DNA of 64,000 bases from Phoronis australis (GCA_002633005.1 NMRA01000657.1:1-64000); one strand, 5' to 3'; counted from the first letter of the stretch, positions 25,486 through 38,971 are shown. Notes: a model not told the origin generated them from the letters alone. Translations and numbers: made by a program.

Positions 25486-28400
25486 CTGTAAAAGAATTGT
25501 TGAAAACTATTCCTGACGACATAAAATTTACGTGTATTGGTTCTAATCAATTTCATTCACTGCCGATGTCTCTTGGTGGGTGCTGATGTTCCAAAACTAG
25601 ATCCTTCGTCCATCAATTCAGTTCAAACAGTATCAATAGACCATTAATATCACTGTGAAAGTAAAACGTAAGCAACACAAAACACGATGCTCAACTGCAA
25701 CATTAGCATGCGTGTACTTTGTAAGTTAGATATGCAAATATTTCTTGTACCGGTTTTTTGAGAATGGACGTCATAAAACATGATGAGGTAGACGTTAAGA
25801 TGCAAAGGTACGTGTGGGACGCATGGTTTTGGTTTCACATTCCACTGCATGAGTGACTACCAATTTGTTTGTAGAGGTGACAGACCACCACCACACCTGT
25901 TAGTACTATTACAGTAGTGTCCATCTACGCCAATTGGTCAATCAGTGACGTAGGACTGAAGGACGCTGCACCTGACCCCTTTTTAAAAGGATCACAAGAA
26001 AACGAGATCTGTATCAAATGTATTGGTTGCATGAAACAATTCCAATAAGGACCCCAGAAAATTGCCGAGCACAGACGCGATAGTGGCTGCTTTCGAAGGG
26101 TATTGGTTTTACGAGTACTCACAGATTGTGCCAATAGGTGTTCCTACCTTTGAACTCAATAGGATTCAGTTCTGAGTTAGCCAGGACATCTCGGCACAGG
26201 TGAAACATAACAATCGTCGGCTGCTGATGTTTATCGTACGATTACAACCAAAAGTTTATTTATTTTGTTCCAGGCAGACGATCAAGTCGACATTGCTCAT
26301 CCAAAGACTCCGAGAAGCATTCTCCACTAATATGTTTGCACGAGATCCAGAAATGTTATCTTCAGGAAAGTACAAGAGATAGCTAATTTTGGTGGAGAAT
26401 GTGACAGCTCTTTCAAATCCGCGAAGTAACAATTTCTAATTTTGTAGGCGGAATACAAAACATACTCTGTATTTAGTGTCTGATAGAAACAACCACGTTT
26501 TAAATAATCCTTGTGCAAAGTTCAGCAATAGCACACGGTGTAGCTTGAGGTGTGGGATGATAATGCATGAATCGTGTCTATTGAGTGGTGTATTGGTAGT
26601 GTGATGTTAACACCACCCCTGATTGAGGACAGTTCGCTAAGTCCCCGGGCACAAAGGCAACTGTGGTTAGTATCTAAGAGATATATCTGTTCCAGACTAA
26701 AATATTACACGATTTTCTGTAACTGAGTTTGAAGGAATGTGGTTTCAATAAATTGCTGATCAATTTCATCACCGCCATCGTCGCCTGAAACTTTGCCATG
26801 TGTGGTATAATCCTTCGCAATGTAAATTTTGTATGGCTTAAAGTAGAAAACGCGAATCCAATGGTATTGTTTGTGTTTGATCCTGGCTATCTGTGTATGG
26901 TATATGGATTTCCTGACGGCATTGCACTAACAACGGGCATGTCTCGTGAATTAACACTTACAAATGCATTACATGCGCGTCAAGTATACACGTGTTACAG
27001 CACACATCACGAATTTTGTCGGACCGGTCTGAAATTGGTCGACGACCGGCCGGCGACCGGTCGACAAATTAGCCGACCGGTCGGCTAAAAATTAACCGAC
27101 CTGCAGCCGGCCTCACTGCCGACTCATAGGGCGACTCCCCAGCCGACCCTTCAGCTGGTGGGCTGCTGTTTTTAGGCTAGAGTTGCAGTTGCGTAATGGG
27201 TTGTCAGGCTGATACCACTTTGCGTGTCAATGCATATTCGAATTAGCACAGGGTCAAAAAATTAACTTAGTTTTACCTTCTCCGTTACATGAGTTCACCG
27301 TCTAATTCGAAGGTTAAGTTCAAGCGATTTTATCATTGAATTATGGACAGTGCAACAAGTTTTGGATAAAAAACGTGAACATTTTCGTTACATTTGATCT
27401 TTAATTTGACTCGCGACCATAACAAGCTGCATTAGATTGGCTGCTTCCCGGTCCATACAACGCTCTAGTCATTTTATAAACGCAGTTATTTTTGACAGTC
27501 TTCACCCACAATTGTTTGTTGTTTGTGTTACGCCGAACTGCATCTTTTTGCTTTTTTAAAATTCTCCACCGGTCTCTTATCACGTGCCCATGATGATGGG
27601 ATAGTGAGTGAGTTGCTACGCCAAAGAGCTCTCACTCGGGTTTTTTTATTTTCATATGTTTTACCGTTGCAGTACAGACGCCCTAAACGCATGGACTTTT
27701 ATGGCTCTAACTTCGAAATCATATGGTTACGATTTCCACAAACTTAGACAGTGAAAACACGGAATAACAACTGTTGAGGCTACAACCAATTCTAGCTTTG
27801 CGCATTCCGTTTTTAGTGCATCGGTGACGTTAAAATCTGCGGTAGTTACATTAATCAGTTCTTCGTTCACGTTGTTCCAAAAATAAATATTTTCTGTCAA
27901 AAACATATTGACAAATTATGTAAAATAAAACAATTTACGGGAAGATGTGAATACGTGGTGAAGAGGCATTTGTCGCTACGAGGCATATGTGCGTGAATCT
28001 TTGGTAAAGCGATTGCGATGTCGAAAAAAATGGTAGAAAATAAACAAAGGTGCAGAACAATTCTTCTGTGCTCAGCTGTAAGAAGACCTACAAAAATTTT
28101 TTGAAACAGCGCTCAATCTTAAAAACATCCAGCATGAGAGCGCTTCATCAGAAATGCCAAACCCATACAGCGTTGTAACGGAGACGTTGGCGTTTCCGTA
28201 TGTACACAAAAGTGCTTTGAGCAGTATGTACAAATCTGTTCATTTCGCTTTTCTACACTGACGAATACGGCCAACACGGTATTTTAAAAAAGTCCACTTT
28301 TGAGAGCATTTTCAAAAATTAATATGTTTGGTTGATGCATTCAGAGCGTCGTTGCCCACGTCGCCGTACACTAAATGTACGTGTGGGCAGAAAACGTATC

Positions 28401-28509
28401 TGCGTAAAAAAATGTTGCGTTTTCAAAACTTTCAGAGTCGTGTGTTGTCAGGACCCTACATTAATAAACCGAGGCCAAGTACAAAGCACGTCTTAGATAA
28501 AGTTTACGG

Positions 28510-29400
28510 CATGCTGATTACAGCGGGGTCACAGACTCGGAGCACGTTTTTAAGCATACGTTTATTGTAATATCAGTCGAATGCTATGTTATAACTTTGA
28601 ATAGCACGTACGCGCCCAATAAGCCATTCACATTTATATCTGATCACAATTCTCCCCCTGCTTTGAAAACAAACAATCCTATAGATAATTTTACGAAAGA
28701 ACGTGGACTAAAATTATATTACAAATACTACATACATGTACCATAGTTCAGATTCTACATTAGGAAGACCGCTTTTGTGAGAAAGAAACTCTCAACAGGA
28801 GAAGTTTGTAATGACGCGTAAATAAATATAACTTTTTCCCTTGGAGTAGACGCGAAACGCTAAGTATTGTTTTCTTACTCCAAAGGGCTCGGCCTTGGTG
28901 CGAAGCTGTTTACTAAATTAAATATACAACTTTGCGCCGTTCAGTGGGTAAAAACTGAAAAAAAAAATCTTCCTTGAGTAATCTAAATGATTTACCGGCG
29001 TTATAAAAATTACTTTTGTACAATTATTCTACTACAGAAATTGCGGTGTGATCTTTTGCGTCGACTTTCGGCGCAATGAAATATTGCGTCACCTATTAGC
29101 CAGTTTCTTTTTCCCAGATTCTTCAATCAGACGTTCTCGCTCGAGGTTGCGTAAATGTCACAACAAGTGATTAGAATTGGTTTAACTTCAATATATGATT
29201 TTGGAATTTGATATCAATTTTAGAACAACTTTTGCTGCGATGTTGTCACCATCTAATGGGAGATGTCGAAAAAATTCGGGAAGTGACGAGAGCCACGAAT
29301 GTAATACTTTCAAAACGACGATATACTTTTCTTTGTTACCAATGCAGAGAATTACGCAAGAAAATGATGTTGGATATTTTTCACTTAAACGTCCGTAACG
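28510..29400 (-). mobile_element. Possible 3' end of an LTR retrotransposon (polypurine tract and LTR start), highly degenerate
   Basis: The minus strand has CAGGGGGAGA then TGTGATC (28660-28642) and a downstream AATAAA (28561-28566). Any integrase-tail resemblance upstream is weak. Confidence 0.3.
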
Positions 29401-32186
29401 GGCAAGGTGAATGTCAATTGAGTTCCAGATTTTGCATGCACACCCGCCGGTCTTTAGCTCATGTTGATACAAGCTTCAGTGAGGGGACGAGCGTAACTAT
29501 TCGGGCTGTGTATAATTTCGAGGTCTGTTGGAGCTCAATACACAGTGGCACCTTGCTGTATTCTGACTATAGTCTTCTGCTAGCTGGCTATATATGAAGG
29601 CTCTAGCTTCGAAACAATTTTTTACTCCGAAAGTGACAACAACTTCAGAATGATGATGGATCATGGATGACACTATAACCGATCACATTCTTCCATTTTA
29701 ATGCGCCCATGATCTTAATATCTGCACTATGTTGAAACCGTTGTTGATGTTGTTCTTAGAATAAACTGTTGCTCTTCTGCTGTACAAACATATTAAGAAA
29801 TTATACAAAAATAAACAATAATTATCCGTGGTAAACCACATTATACAGCGTGATGATCAAGAACAATAACAGATGATCGCGAATGCGTGCTGCTTGTTGA
29901 GCATTCCGCGGCATGAAAACACTTGATGTCGCAAATAGCCAGCGTTGTGTTCAGATGTTTGTGCAATTTTACTGTAAAATTTCAAATTTCTTGCTTGTTT
30001 TGATGCCTAATGTACTGTATAAAAGTCTCATACTAAGAGGCAGAAATTTGGTCGCGTTATCAGTCGTTTGATTTTACAACGCCGTCAGTAATTCAACATA
30101 AATCTTACCTTAAACCATAAACTATAGTACATGAACCGCCAACTCCGTATACTTTCTATGGACGAAATCTGTGACCTTACGCACAAGCCCTTAATACGTC
30201 ATTATACACTGGCGACACCTGGCTAAAATAGCTGGTGCAATTTCCGGCAAGCACGTCGTCTGCTAATCATGGTCGGCTACTATGTGGCCGGTTGTTCGGC
30301 CACACAAGCGAAATGCAAAGGAATTAGCTTCCATACCATCCGAAGACCCCAATAAATTCTCAAATTCAGACACAACAGTGTGGCTGTTTTCGAAAAGTAC
30401 AATTGGCGCGAGGACTGAGTTTAAGACAGTGGATGTTTCTAATTTTTAACCAATTTGGATTAAGTTCTGAGTTAAGCGGCACAGTTCAGTACTGGCAATG
30501 CAAAGTGATCACCAGCTGCCGAAGTTAATCGTACGGTTACAAACAAAAGTGTACATTATTTACTTTAGTCCAAGCGGATGATCAAGTAAACATTATTCTG
30601 TCACCTCCAGTCAGTTTGCACAAATTCCAAAAATTCTATCCTCAGGAAACCAAAAAAGACAGCTAATCAGTTTTTTGGTGCTAGTGCTAACCAACACTAT
30701 ACGCAGTTTATGGAGATGTGGTAAAAGTTGATGGGAAGACATCGAACTTGTTGGGTCATAGAGAGAGCGTGAACGCCTAAACTGTTTATATGCAGTTCAC
30801 TGAGTTCAATGTAACAAAAACAATAATGAGTGGCGGCGAACAGGATTTTTCATCCATGAGCACCCCTGTCCATGTGGCACAAACTGAGCCGTAACACCAC
30901 ATTCCTTACACTACTTATTTCTATCAATCCGGCTAATCTGCGCATTCAGCTTGTCAGGAACCTGCTTTGCCAGGTTGTTGAAGCCCAGTTGGCTGTTTAG
31001 TGTACTCACTTGGCATTGTATATGGTATTTGCACATTTGACAGTTTGTGCCCATTTCGTACTTATTATTGCATTTGCCGTTTGTTCGACCCACTTCGTAG
31101 GCAAACAACCAATACCCATTTTGTATTATGTACCCATTTGGTACTGCACTTAACTGTGCCACTTAGTATCTGATACTCAATTACACATTGGGTATCGTAA
31201 TGTGTATGTTATGTCTTTTGATTAAGGTAGCCATATGGTACTTTCTTTAAATAATTAATCGTACAGTAGGTGACCCTGAAATTTCCAGTGCAACCTCAGA
31301 TATACGTTATCCTTTTGTTGTTTTATTTGTCCCCAAGAGTGGCTATTATCAAACATTAATAGCAAAAATCCAATACCCATTTGGTACTGCACTTAACTGT
31401 GCCACTTAGTATCTGAATTGTAGTAGTTTTTGTTTTTGTCCTGGTAATTGGAGTAATGAAAATTATTATAAAACAGAATTTGATGAAATTTGCTCCTGAC
31501 GCCAGTCCATTATAACTGACATGTATTGTGCATTATCTACTACGCATGTAGGTTCTAGCACGAATTCATGTATCGTGCATTTCAGTTCAGGAGTGCTGAG
31601 GTGAAGTTAAGTGTTGTAAACTAAAATGGATATTTTCCTTAAATTTACTTCTAAAACTATTGTTGCAACTTTGACATTGTGTAGAAATGTAAGCGCAAGT
31701 GACACAAAACACGTTGTTACTTTGCGATATTGCCATACACTATGCCTTTCATATACACATGTACAGCTTATCTGATAATCAGCGTAGCAACGCTTTTTGG
31801 AAGACCATGAGCTTCTTATTGGTTCTACACTGTAAGTTGCAACGTTACAAGTAAAAGAGACGGGCACGGGCACCAGGTTTCACTGCAAGAGTGTCTACCT
31901 ATAACTTTGTAAAAAGGCAATCCACTAGCACACCAGTATTACGATAGTCGTAGTTTTCACCTACACCCACAAGCCAACCAGTGTCGTGGTATTGATCAGT
32001 TCTTCATTTTTGAAAAGCCAGAAGAAACACTCCCAATTAGAAGTCTTGGCTGCTTGCATGAAACGGTCCCCTTAGGGAACTCACTAATTACTAAAGTGCA
32101 TAGACAATGATGACAGTACCAGTACTGAAACGTTAAGCTTTAAGTTTATAATACTAACTTTAATGATATAGAATTTAATTACTCAC

Positions 32187-32297
32187 CGCAGAGGTTGCAG
32201 GCTCTCTTACAATTCCCCCTCATGTATTTCTCATATCGTCCAGTACAGTAGCGATACTCGGACCATTGCTTGCAATATATGTTTTTGTCCTTACAAG
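32187..32297 (-). CDS. ShKT exon 19: CKDKNIYCKQWSEYRYCTGRYEKYMRGNCKRACNLC
   Basis: acgcag| ... |gtgagt, 111 nt, open frame. Confidence 0.88.
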
Positions 32298-32429
32298 CTG
32301 CGTAATGGAAAGGAAATTAGTGAAAATTGTCCCCAACCACATTTCACTAATAAAATGCACGTACATAAAATCCTTAATTGTGAATATCTTTTCGTGAATG
32401 CTGAGATGACAAAAGCGATATCCCGTCAT

Positions 32430-32838
32430 TAGCTCTTGAAAAGCTTATCTGATAATTGGCTACAGAAAGCATTACATGTAGGGACCTATAAGGTAAATGT
32501 TCAAGCATTATTAATTCATTATTAGATAGGCATTAAGTTACACAAAACATGATACTCAACTGCGACATTAGCATATATTATTACTTAGAAAGGTACATAG
32601 CTCTTGAAAAGCTTATCTGAGAATTGGCTACAGAAAGCATTACATGTAGGGACCTATAAGGTAAATGTTCAAGCATTATTAATTCATTATTAGATAGGCA
32701 TTAAGTTACACAAAACATGATACTCAACTGCGACATTAGCATATATTATTACTTGGGAAGGTACATAGCTCTTGAAAAGCTTATCTGAGAATTGGCGACA
32801 GAAAGCATTACATGAAGGGACCTATCAGGTAAATGTTA
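32430..32838. repeat. Intronic tandem repeat, 168-bp unit, about 2.4 copies
   Basis: TAGCTCTTGAAAAGCTTATCTGA starts at 32430, 32598 and 32766; the copies are nearly identical. Confidence 0.9.
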
Positions 32839-33239
32839 ACCTGATTAGTGATTCCCAGTTGTAAAAGTACTGGAGGGACACATGCTATGGACAATCAGAT
32901 TTAACTGCATGAGAGACTATAAAGGTGTTTGTAGAAGCGACAGATCACTACCTCACGTGTAAATAGGCCGGCAGTAATGTCTATGTACACCAATCGGCCA
33001 ATAAGTGTGGCGGGAGTAGAGAGCGCTGCGCGTGTCCCATCTTAATAAACGATCACAAGAAAACTAGTCCTATAGAAAACCTCCGTTCGTTGTATGAAAC
33101 AAGCCCAGCAACACCCCAATCAATTGTAAAGCAGAGACACAACATTTTCGACGATTACTGTTTTTCCTAGGACTGACAGATACATGTAAGTTTGAGTATG
33201 TGTTTCTGTGTTTAAACCAAATAGTTCTGAGATACTCAC

Positions 33240-33377
33240 TTTCACCAACGCCACCGCCAACGCCACAAAGATCGCAGGCTTTGGGACAATTTTTCGCCAT
33301 CTGCTTCTTGTATGACTTATGGGTACAATATTGACGAGAAGCCAAGAGGTCACAGTCTTTTTGTTTGTCCTCGCAAT
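33240..33377 (-). CDS. ShKT exon 18: CEDKQKDCDLLASRQYCTHKSYKKQMAKNCPKACDLCGVGGGVGE
   Basis: acgcag| ... |gtgagt, 138 nt. Confidence 0.88.
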
Positions 33378-34201
33378 CTGCGTAACAAAAATGGTTGGTG
33401 GCGTCATTCAAAAATAAAGCAAACATGTGGTACAACAAACCTTGCCTTTAACAGTTCTTGCAAAAATCCTTTGTGAACCTCAGTGATGTTACACAATTTT
33501 TGTTTGAAACGGAGAGGAACGTGGTGAAAATTGTTCCTGGCGTTAATTCCCAAATAAATTGAACGTATTGTAGACGTTATTACGTATATAATCTGTATCT
33601 AGAAATCTTGTATAACTGTGATTTTAAGTTTGGCATTGCTGAGAAAAATATAAGTGTTGTAGAATTAAAATCTATACAACGTCAAACATAACTGAAATGA
33701 CAACATTTTTGGAAAAAAGGTAACATACATTTAAACGACACAAACCATCATGTTACACTGCGTATTATGTTATGAGTTACAATATACATGTACATAAAAT
33801 TTTAAAACCGTTCCAGAAATATAATTTAGGAAGACTTCAAGAATATTATCAGTTCTCAATTACAACTCTCCATTTAAGATACACCCTACTGGCAGCATTT
33901 TGCGCTGCGTTAGTGGCTTGTAGAGACGACGTCACCACAAGCACACCAATATGAAAGTTGGTCGTGGTCTCAACCTGTATTTACTGGTCAATCACAGATG
34001 GGGTTGTTGACCTGTCCCGTATATATGAAAGATCACAAGGAAACTAATCTAATAATAAGCATTGACTGGCTCCATGAAACTGTCCCAAATGACGCATAGA
34101 CTTTGGTTGTTAATTTCAAAGCTAACTTTCTCTCCCAGAAAATGAAAGTTTAAACGACTGATATTACCTAAATTTGAAGGATATAGAATTTAATTACTCA
34201 C

Positions 34202-34315
34202 CACAGTGCTTGCAGGCTTTGACGCAGGTCCACGCCAACTTCTTCGCGTATCGTGTGTCCGTACAGAAGCCATTATCAGTCCAGTACTGACATAATCTAT
34301 GTCTGTCCTTGCAAC
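34202..34315 (-). CDS. ShKT exon 17: CKDRHRLCQYWTDNGFCTDTRYAKKLAWTCVKACKHC
   Basis: atgcag| ... |gtgagt, 114 nt. Confidence 0.88.
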
Positions 34316-34694
34316 CTGCATAATGGAAATAGATTTTGTGAAAATAACTCACCACAAAATTACAAACTGCACGTATTATAAATTACGCCGAGAGACAAGT
34401 ATTATATAGTACACTTTAAGGTGCTTGGTGATTCTCAGACAATTCTACGTGTAAGGAACATGCTACATGTTGCAGGCTGCGATACACGTGTGACTATCAA
34501 AGACGTAGCAGCAACAGAAAATAGTAAGCAGAAAGGCAAGAGTGTCCATATACGTCTACTGTTTAACCAGTACTGCAAGGCTAGAGGGTGCTGTAACTGT
34601 ACCGAATTTATTAGAGAACTAACTGTCGCAGAGCTGAAACATTATGCAACTTGGTAGCGCCTACTCCTGAGGAATATAGAATTTAATTACTCAC

Positions 34695-34808
34695 CGCAGA
34701 GGTTACATGATCTGGTGCAATGAAACGCCATCCATTCCTCGTATATTCTTCTTGTACAGTAGCCTCGACCAGCAAAAATCCTACAGCCTTTATTCTTGTC
34801 CGTGCAAT
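34695..34808 (-). CDS. ShKT exon 16: CTDKNKGCRIFAGRGYCTRRIYEEWMAFHCTRSCNLC
   Basis: acgcag| ... |gtgagt, 114 nt. Confidence 0.88.
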
Positions 34809-35169
34809 CTGCGTAATGGGGAGGAATTTAGTGAAAATTGTCCACGAGACCACTTTGCAAATGAACTTATTTTACATTCAATCGTACGTATATAAGTTCT
34901 AGTCAGACACTCTATTGGAGAAATCCAATTCGGCAGAACTGAGATAAAGTTTTGTGTTGTAAGTCAAAAATCGATAATTTGTCTTTAAATTATCCTTAAT
35001 CATAATTAATATTGGATTAGTATTATTGTAAAAATGAAAACGTACCCTAGACAAACACAATGTTACACTGCGGAGTGAGAATAAACTCTGAGATTGATGG
35101 CACACTGACATAAATTCTATTATTGGGACAAATACTGTACTACAACATTCAGGCTTCATATCCAACTTC

Positions 35170-36570
35170 TATTTTAGTTCCTTTCTAGCCCCATGGAAGC
35201 TCTGATTATTCTTTCTCTCCTGCTACCGTTTGGACCAGCTTCGAGCAACAGTATATTCATTTGTATGTTTTTCCCAATTAAACAGTTTTATGTTTATTGG
35301 ACTCCCTCCCGTTCGTCGTTAATCTTTCTAGACAAACGTTGCGTCAGGTATTTATTACTTTAAGCCACAGATGGATTTTCTAAAACCCGATTTCTTTCAA
35401 TTCAATAGCCTTGAAACCCAAACGAATCCCGTTCGCCAACCCAAATCACCCTGGTTCCAAAGGAGCACTTCCAAATTACGCAACCCTATTTCATTCAATC
35501 AGTAACCCTTATCTTCCCATACAGAGATGTTAATTGATATTGTTTCTTCTTTTTTCTATCATATACAACTTGCTGAAATTCAAAGCAAAGACTACGAAAT
35601 CACCAGGCAAAGCCACCACTAAAAGTACCAGGACAATCACAAGGTCAGCGATGTCAACTGATCTCCACGACGAGGCAGCTAGATTAATCCAAGCACCTAT
35701 CTTCAGCTACACCCATCAAGTGTATGACCAAAGCTTCCAATCATTTAATTCGTTTCGACCACATCATAACCTGCCATTGTGCTGGCGTCCTCGAATTGAC
35801 CGTATGGTTCTGTGTATTTCGAACGTGTATCCCTGTGGTTTCGCTGGCCGTGCCGTCGATCCATACCTGGCAGAAGTGTACTTTAAAGGCAAGGCTGATA
35901 GTAACCCAGACGTTACCAATAACTTCAACGTGACCAAGACAATGGAGGGCTTAAGACGTTGTGCGAAAACTGCAAACACACGGCTACCGATTACTCCTGA
36001 GATACTGTGCCGGTTGGTCTTCAACCTCCACTTAGTCTGCTCCTCCACATATGAAACGCACCCATTCAAGACAGCGTACGTTTTGAATTTCTTTGTTTTT
36101 TGAATATCAGAGTTGTTTGGCCGAAACAATGGAGTTTCCAGGCTAACGACGCCGCCTTCTTGACTTCTTTTTAACGGAGAACAGGGTCTCCGTTAAAAAG
36201 AAGTCATCCAAGACCGAAAAGCAAGGGGAAATATCGACACTCCATATACATCCCTTAACCCTCCACCCACTTTCATGTATATGCCTGTTGGACAACATTC
36301 TCATTTTTCGCAAAATCAGACCACCTAGTGCCCACCAGTTTCTCTGTCATTTTGGAGGAAAACCTCTCACTCGCTATCCGACCATCGCTATCCTTCACCT
36401 TGCAATAAAACTGGACGCAGATCATGGTAGATACGGGTAACACTCATTCCGCATCAGTGCTGCCACAGCGGCAAGCACAGGTGGGTGGTCACCAGAACAA
36501 AACAGACACGCAGGTAGACGGTCTACACACTTACACACATATAAAACCTATATTCTTATTAAATCCTAAA
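35170..36570 (+). mobile_element. DIRS/Ngaro-type tyrosine-recombinase retrotransposon relic
   Basis: EGLRRCAKTANTRLPITPEIL...FKTAYVLNFFVF, then across frameshifts KSSKTEKQG, FLCHFGGKPLTR, HSFRISAATAA and AGRWS, which are YR catalytic motifs. Confidence 0.75.
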
Positions 36571-37369
36571 AACCTATTAGTTTACCATTTGGACTGATTC
36601 TAAACAATAGTTTAATTTTTTAAGGCCTTCAACTGAATAGAGTTTTGGATCGTTGATCATCACATGGGGGTTTGTTCAGTTTCACTGTACAAAGCTTACA
36701 AATTGGGATACGTGTTCCTCCCATGTAGGCTCCTATTTTTGGTGTTGTCCAAATCTATTCAATTTGCCATGTACTATGCATAATGGATTAACCGTCACAG
36801 ACGAAGAAGAGCAGTCATTAATACAAAGTTTAATCACAAAAAGAGGGTGGGTAAATTGATGGCTAACAAAATACTTTTTTTCTATTGAGACGGGTGAGCA
36901 ACTCAGCGTTGTTTAGAAAAAAATCTATGAAATTTTCGCCACAACACTGTATGAGCACACCATACACGACAACTTTAAATAAATAAGTACGATAAGTGTA
37001 GCTCATTTCGGGGGCTAAATTGATCCGAACTCGTCAAAAGACAAAGTTCTAAAATTGGCAAAGGAAACATGAAATGGAATAATGGCTGACTGGATTTGAA
37101 AGTTCTGGGTAAACCATGTGAGAAGGTTACCCCAAGTATACACAAAATGATGGGCGTGTGATCCAGGTGCACAAGCAAAGATGTGAGTTCATCGACTGTC
37201 GTTGTGGCAACGAGAAAACCAATACTGACTGTCGACAGCTATACGGGTTCTAAAGCATAGGAACAACGGTACATATTTTCCAAGAGAACAATCTCTCCTA
37301 GAGCTGACTGAGTCAGCAAATCTGTACTACTAATTTTGATAGAAATAGCAATCAAATCCATTAACCCAC

Positions 37370-37478
37370 TTTTATCACCACCGCCATCACAGAGATTACA
37401 AGTTTTGAAACAATTTTCCGCCATGAACTCCTTGTATTCCTCATTTGTACAGTTACCTTTTGCCGCCAATCCCTCACA
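37370..37478 (-). pseudogene. 5'-truncated ShKT pseudo-exon: CEGLAAKGNCTNEEYKEFMAENCFKTCNLCDGGGDK
   Basis: The gtgggt donor is retained, but Cys1 and the acceptor are missing. Confidence 0.75.
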
Positions 37479-38001
37479 AAATATATAAAAGGGGCTTCGT
37501 TGATAGTGCATTATCCCTAGCGACACTTCATTAATAAACGGTGGCACTAAATCTGAAGTTCTTTCTAAACATAATAAATTCAGAATTTCGCTTCAGGAAT
37601 GTTGAGAGGAAGTTAAGTGTTTTGCTAAAAATCGAAAACTCGTTCTTATCTTCAAAAAATAACGATCAAGCAATAAGAAAACATGAAATCGCGAGTGAGA
37701 TATAAACACAATATTAAAGTAAGACATTAGCACAAACAACGACTAATGAATGCACAAAATATCTTTGACCGTTCTCAATTGTGAATTTGCGTGCGAGGCA
37801 AACGTTAGAGACACTGGATTCCATGAACCTTCTCAGAGCCCAGTTTGAGTAAAATTACTGATTGGACATTGCGTTGGATTCTTGAGCACAGAGACAATCG
37901 TGGTTAATGTTTAAGAGCACTATCTATCCCACAGCAGACCCATTAAGCAAATGTGCACTATTGATTTTGAACGAGAAAGGTATCTATTCTAAGAAACCCA
38001 C

Positions 38002-38133
38002 TTTCACCGCCGCCACCATCACATAGGTTGCAGGTCTTTGTACAATTCTCAGCCATGAACTCCTTATGTTCCTCATCTGTACAGTAGCCTTTGGCAGCCA
38101 AATCTTTGCAGTCTGTGCTGCTGTCCGTACAAT
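38002..38133 (-). CDS. ShKT exon 15 (acidic): CTDSSTDCKDLAAKGYCTDEEHKEFMAENCTKTCNLCDGGGGE
   Basis: atgcag| ... |gtgggt, 132 nt. Confidence 0.88.
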
Positions 38134-38440
38134 CTGCATTTAGAAAAGGCATGACTTGAACGTAGTTCCTTACCACATTCCACTGATAAACGAAAGCACT
38201 ACGCACTAAATCTTAAGTTCAAGGGCTCTTCAGACAATACTGACCTGCTGAGATTTTTAAGAGAACGATTTAACACAATGCTGTCCCATAAAGCGACTTT
38301 GTCTTACTAGATTTGATGGAGAATTGGATCCATTCTAAGTACATATTTTCGAAGAGAACAGTCTTTCCTACAGTAGACTGAGTAAGTAAAGTAGTACTAC
38401 TAATTTTGAAAGAAATATGAATTAATTCCAAGAAACACAC

Positions 38441-38572
38441 TTTCATCACCACCGCCATCACAGAGGTTGCAGGTTTTGGTACAATTCTCCGCCATATACT
38501 CCATGTACTGTACATTTGTACAGTAGCCTTTCGCAGCCAATTCCTCACAGTCTGAGCTGCTGTCCGTGCAAG
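38441..38572 (-). CDS. ShKT exon 14 (acidic): CTDSSSDCEELAAKGYCTNVQYMEYMAENCTKTCNLCDGGGDE
   Basis: atgcag| ... |gtgtgt, 132 nt. Confidence 0.83.
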
Positions 38573-38859
38573 CTGCATATTAGAAAAAGATTGAGTGAAA
38601 ATTGTTCATGACGACATTTCATTTAAAACGAATGTTTTATTCACTAAATCTCCATTAGTTTGCTACAAAAATACTATAGCGTCACTTTCAGTTTGAGAAT
38701 TATGGGACGTTGTTGCCGCACTTCATCATTGACTAAATTTCAAACATTACTACTCTCTGGCATTAAAGTATTTTTGATATGAAAGCTTAAGCCAGAGAAA
38801 GCACAATGTTACACTGTGACATTTGCGTAAGCAACAACCTTTCAAAACACATTAAAATC

Positions 38860-38971
38860 CAAAGAGGTCGCAGGTTTAGGTACACTCCCCAGCCATGTAA
38901 TCATTGTATAGTTCTTTTGTATAGTAGTCTTTTGTAGCCACATCGCTACAGTCTGCTGCTCTCCATGCTAT
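38860..38971 (-). pseudogene. Degenerate ShKT pseudo-exon
   Basis: acacag|ATAGCATGGAG... carries a 2-nt deletion, Cys losses and a stop: ..DCSDVATKDYYTKELYNDYMAGECT*TCDLF. No donor. Confidence 0.7.

Larger units (their letters stand above)
23010..26997. repeat. Tandem duplication of a ~1.93-kb exon+intron module (period 2053 bp)
   Basis: 23010-24942 aligns end to end with 25070-26997. The exons at 23313 and 25366 are 2053 bp apart. Confidence 0.9.

Noticed and set aside
31130-31416. ~44-bp direct repeat (TACCCATTTGGTACTGCACTTAACTGTGCCACTTAGTATCTGA) present twice
   Set aside because: It is real but has only two copies, with no coding or terminal structure; likely part of an unclassified repeat.
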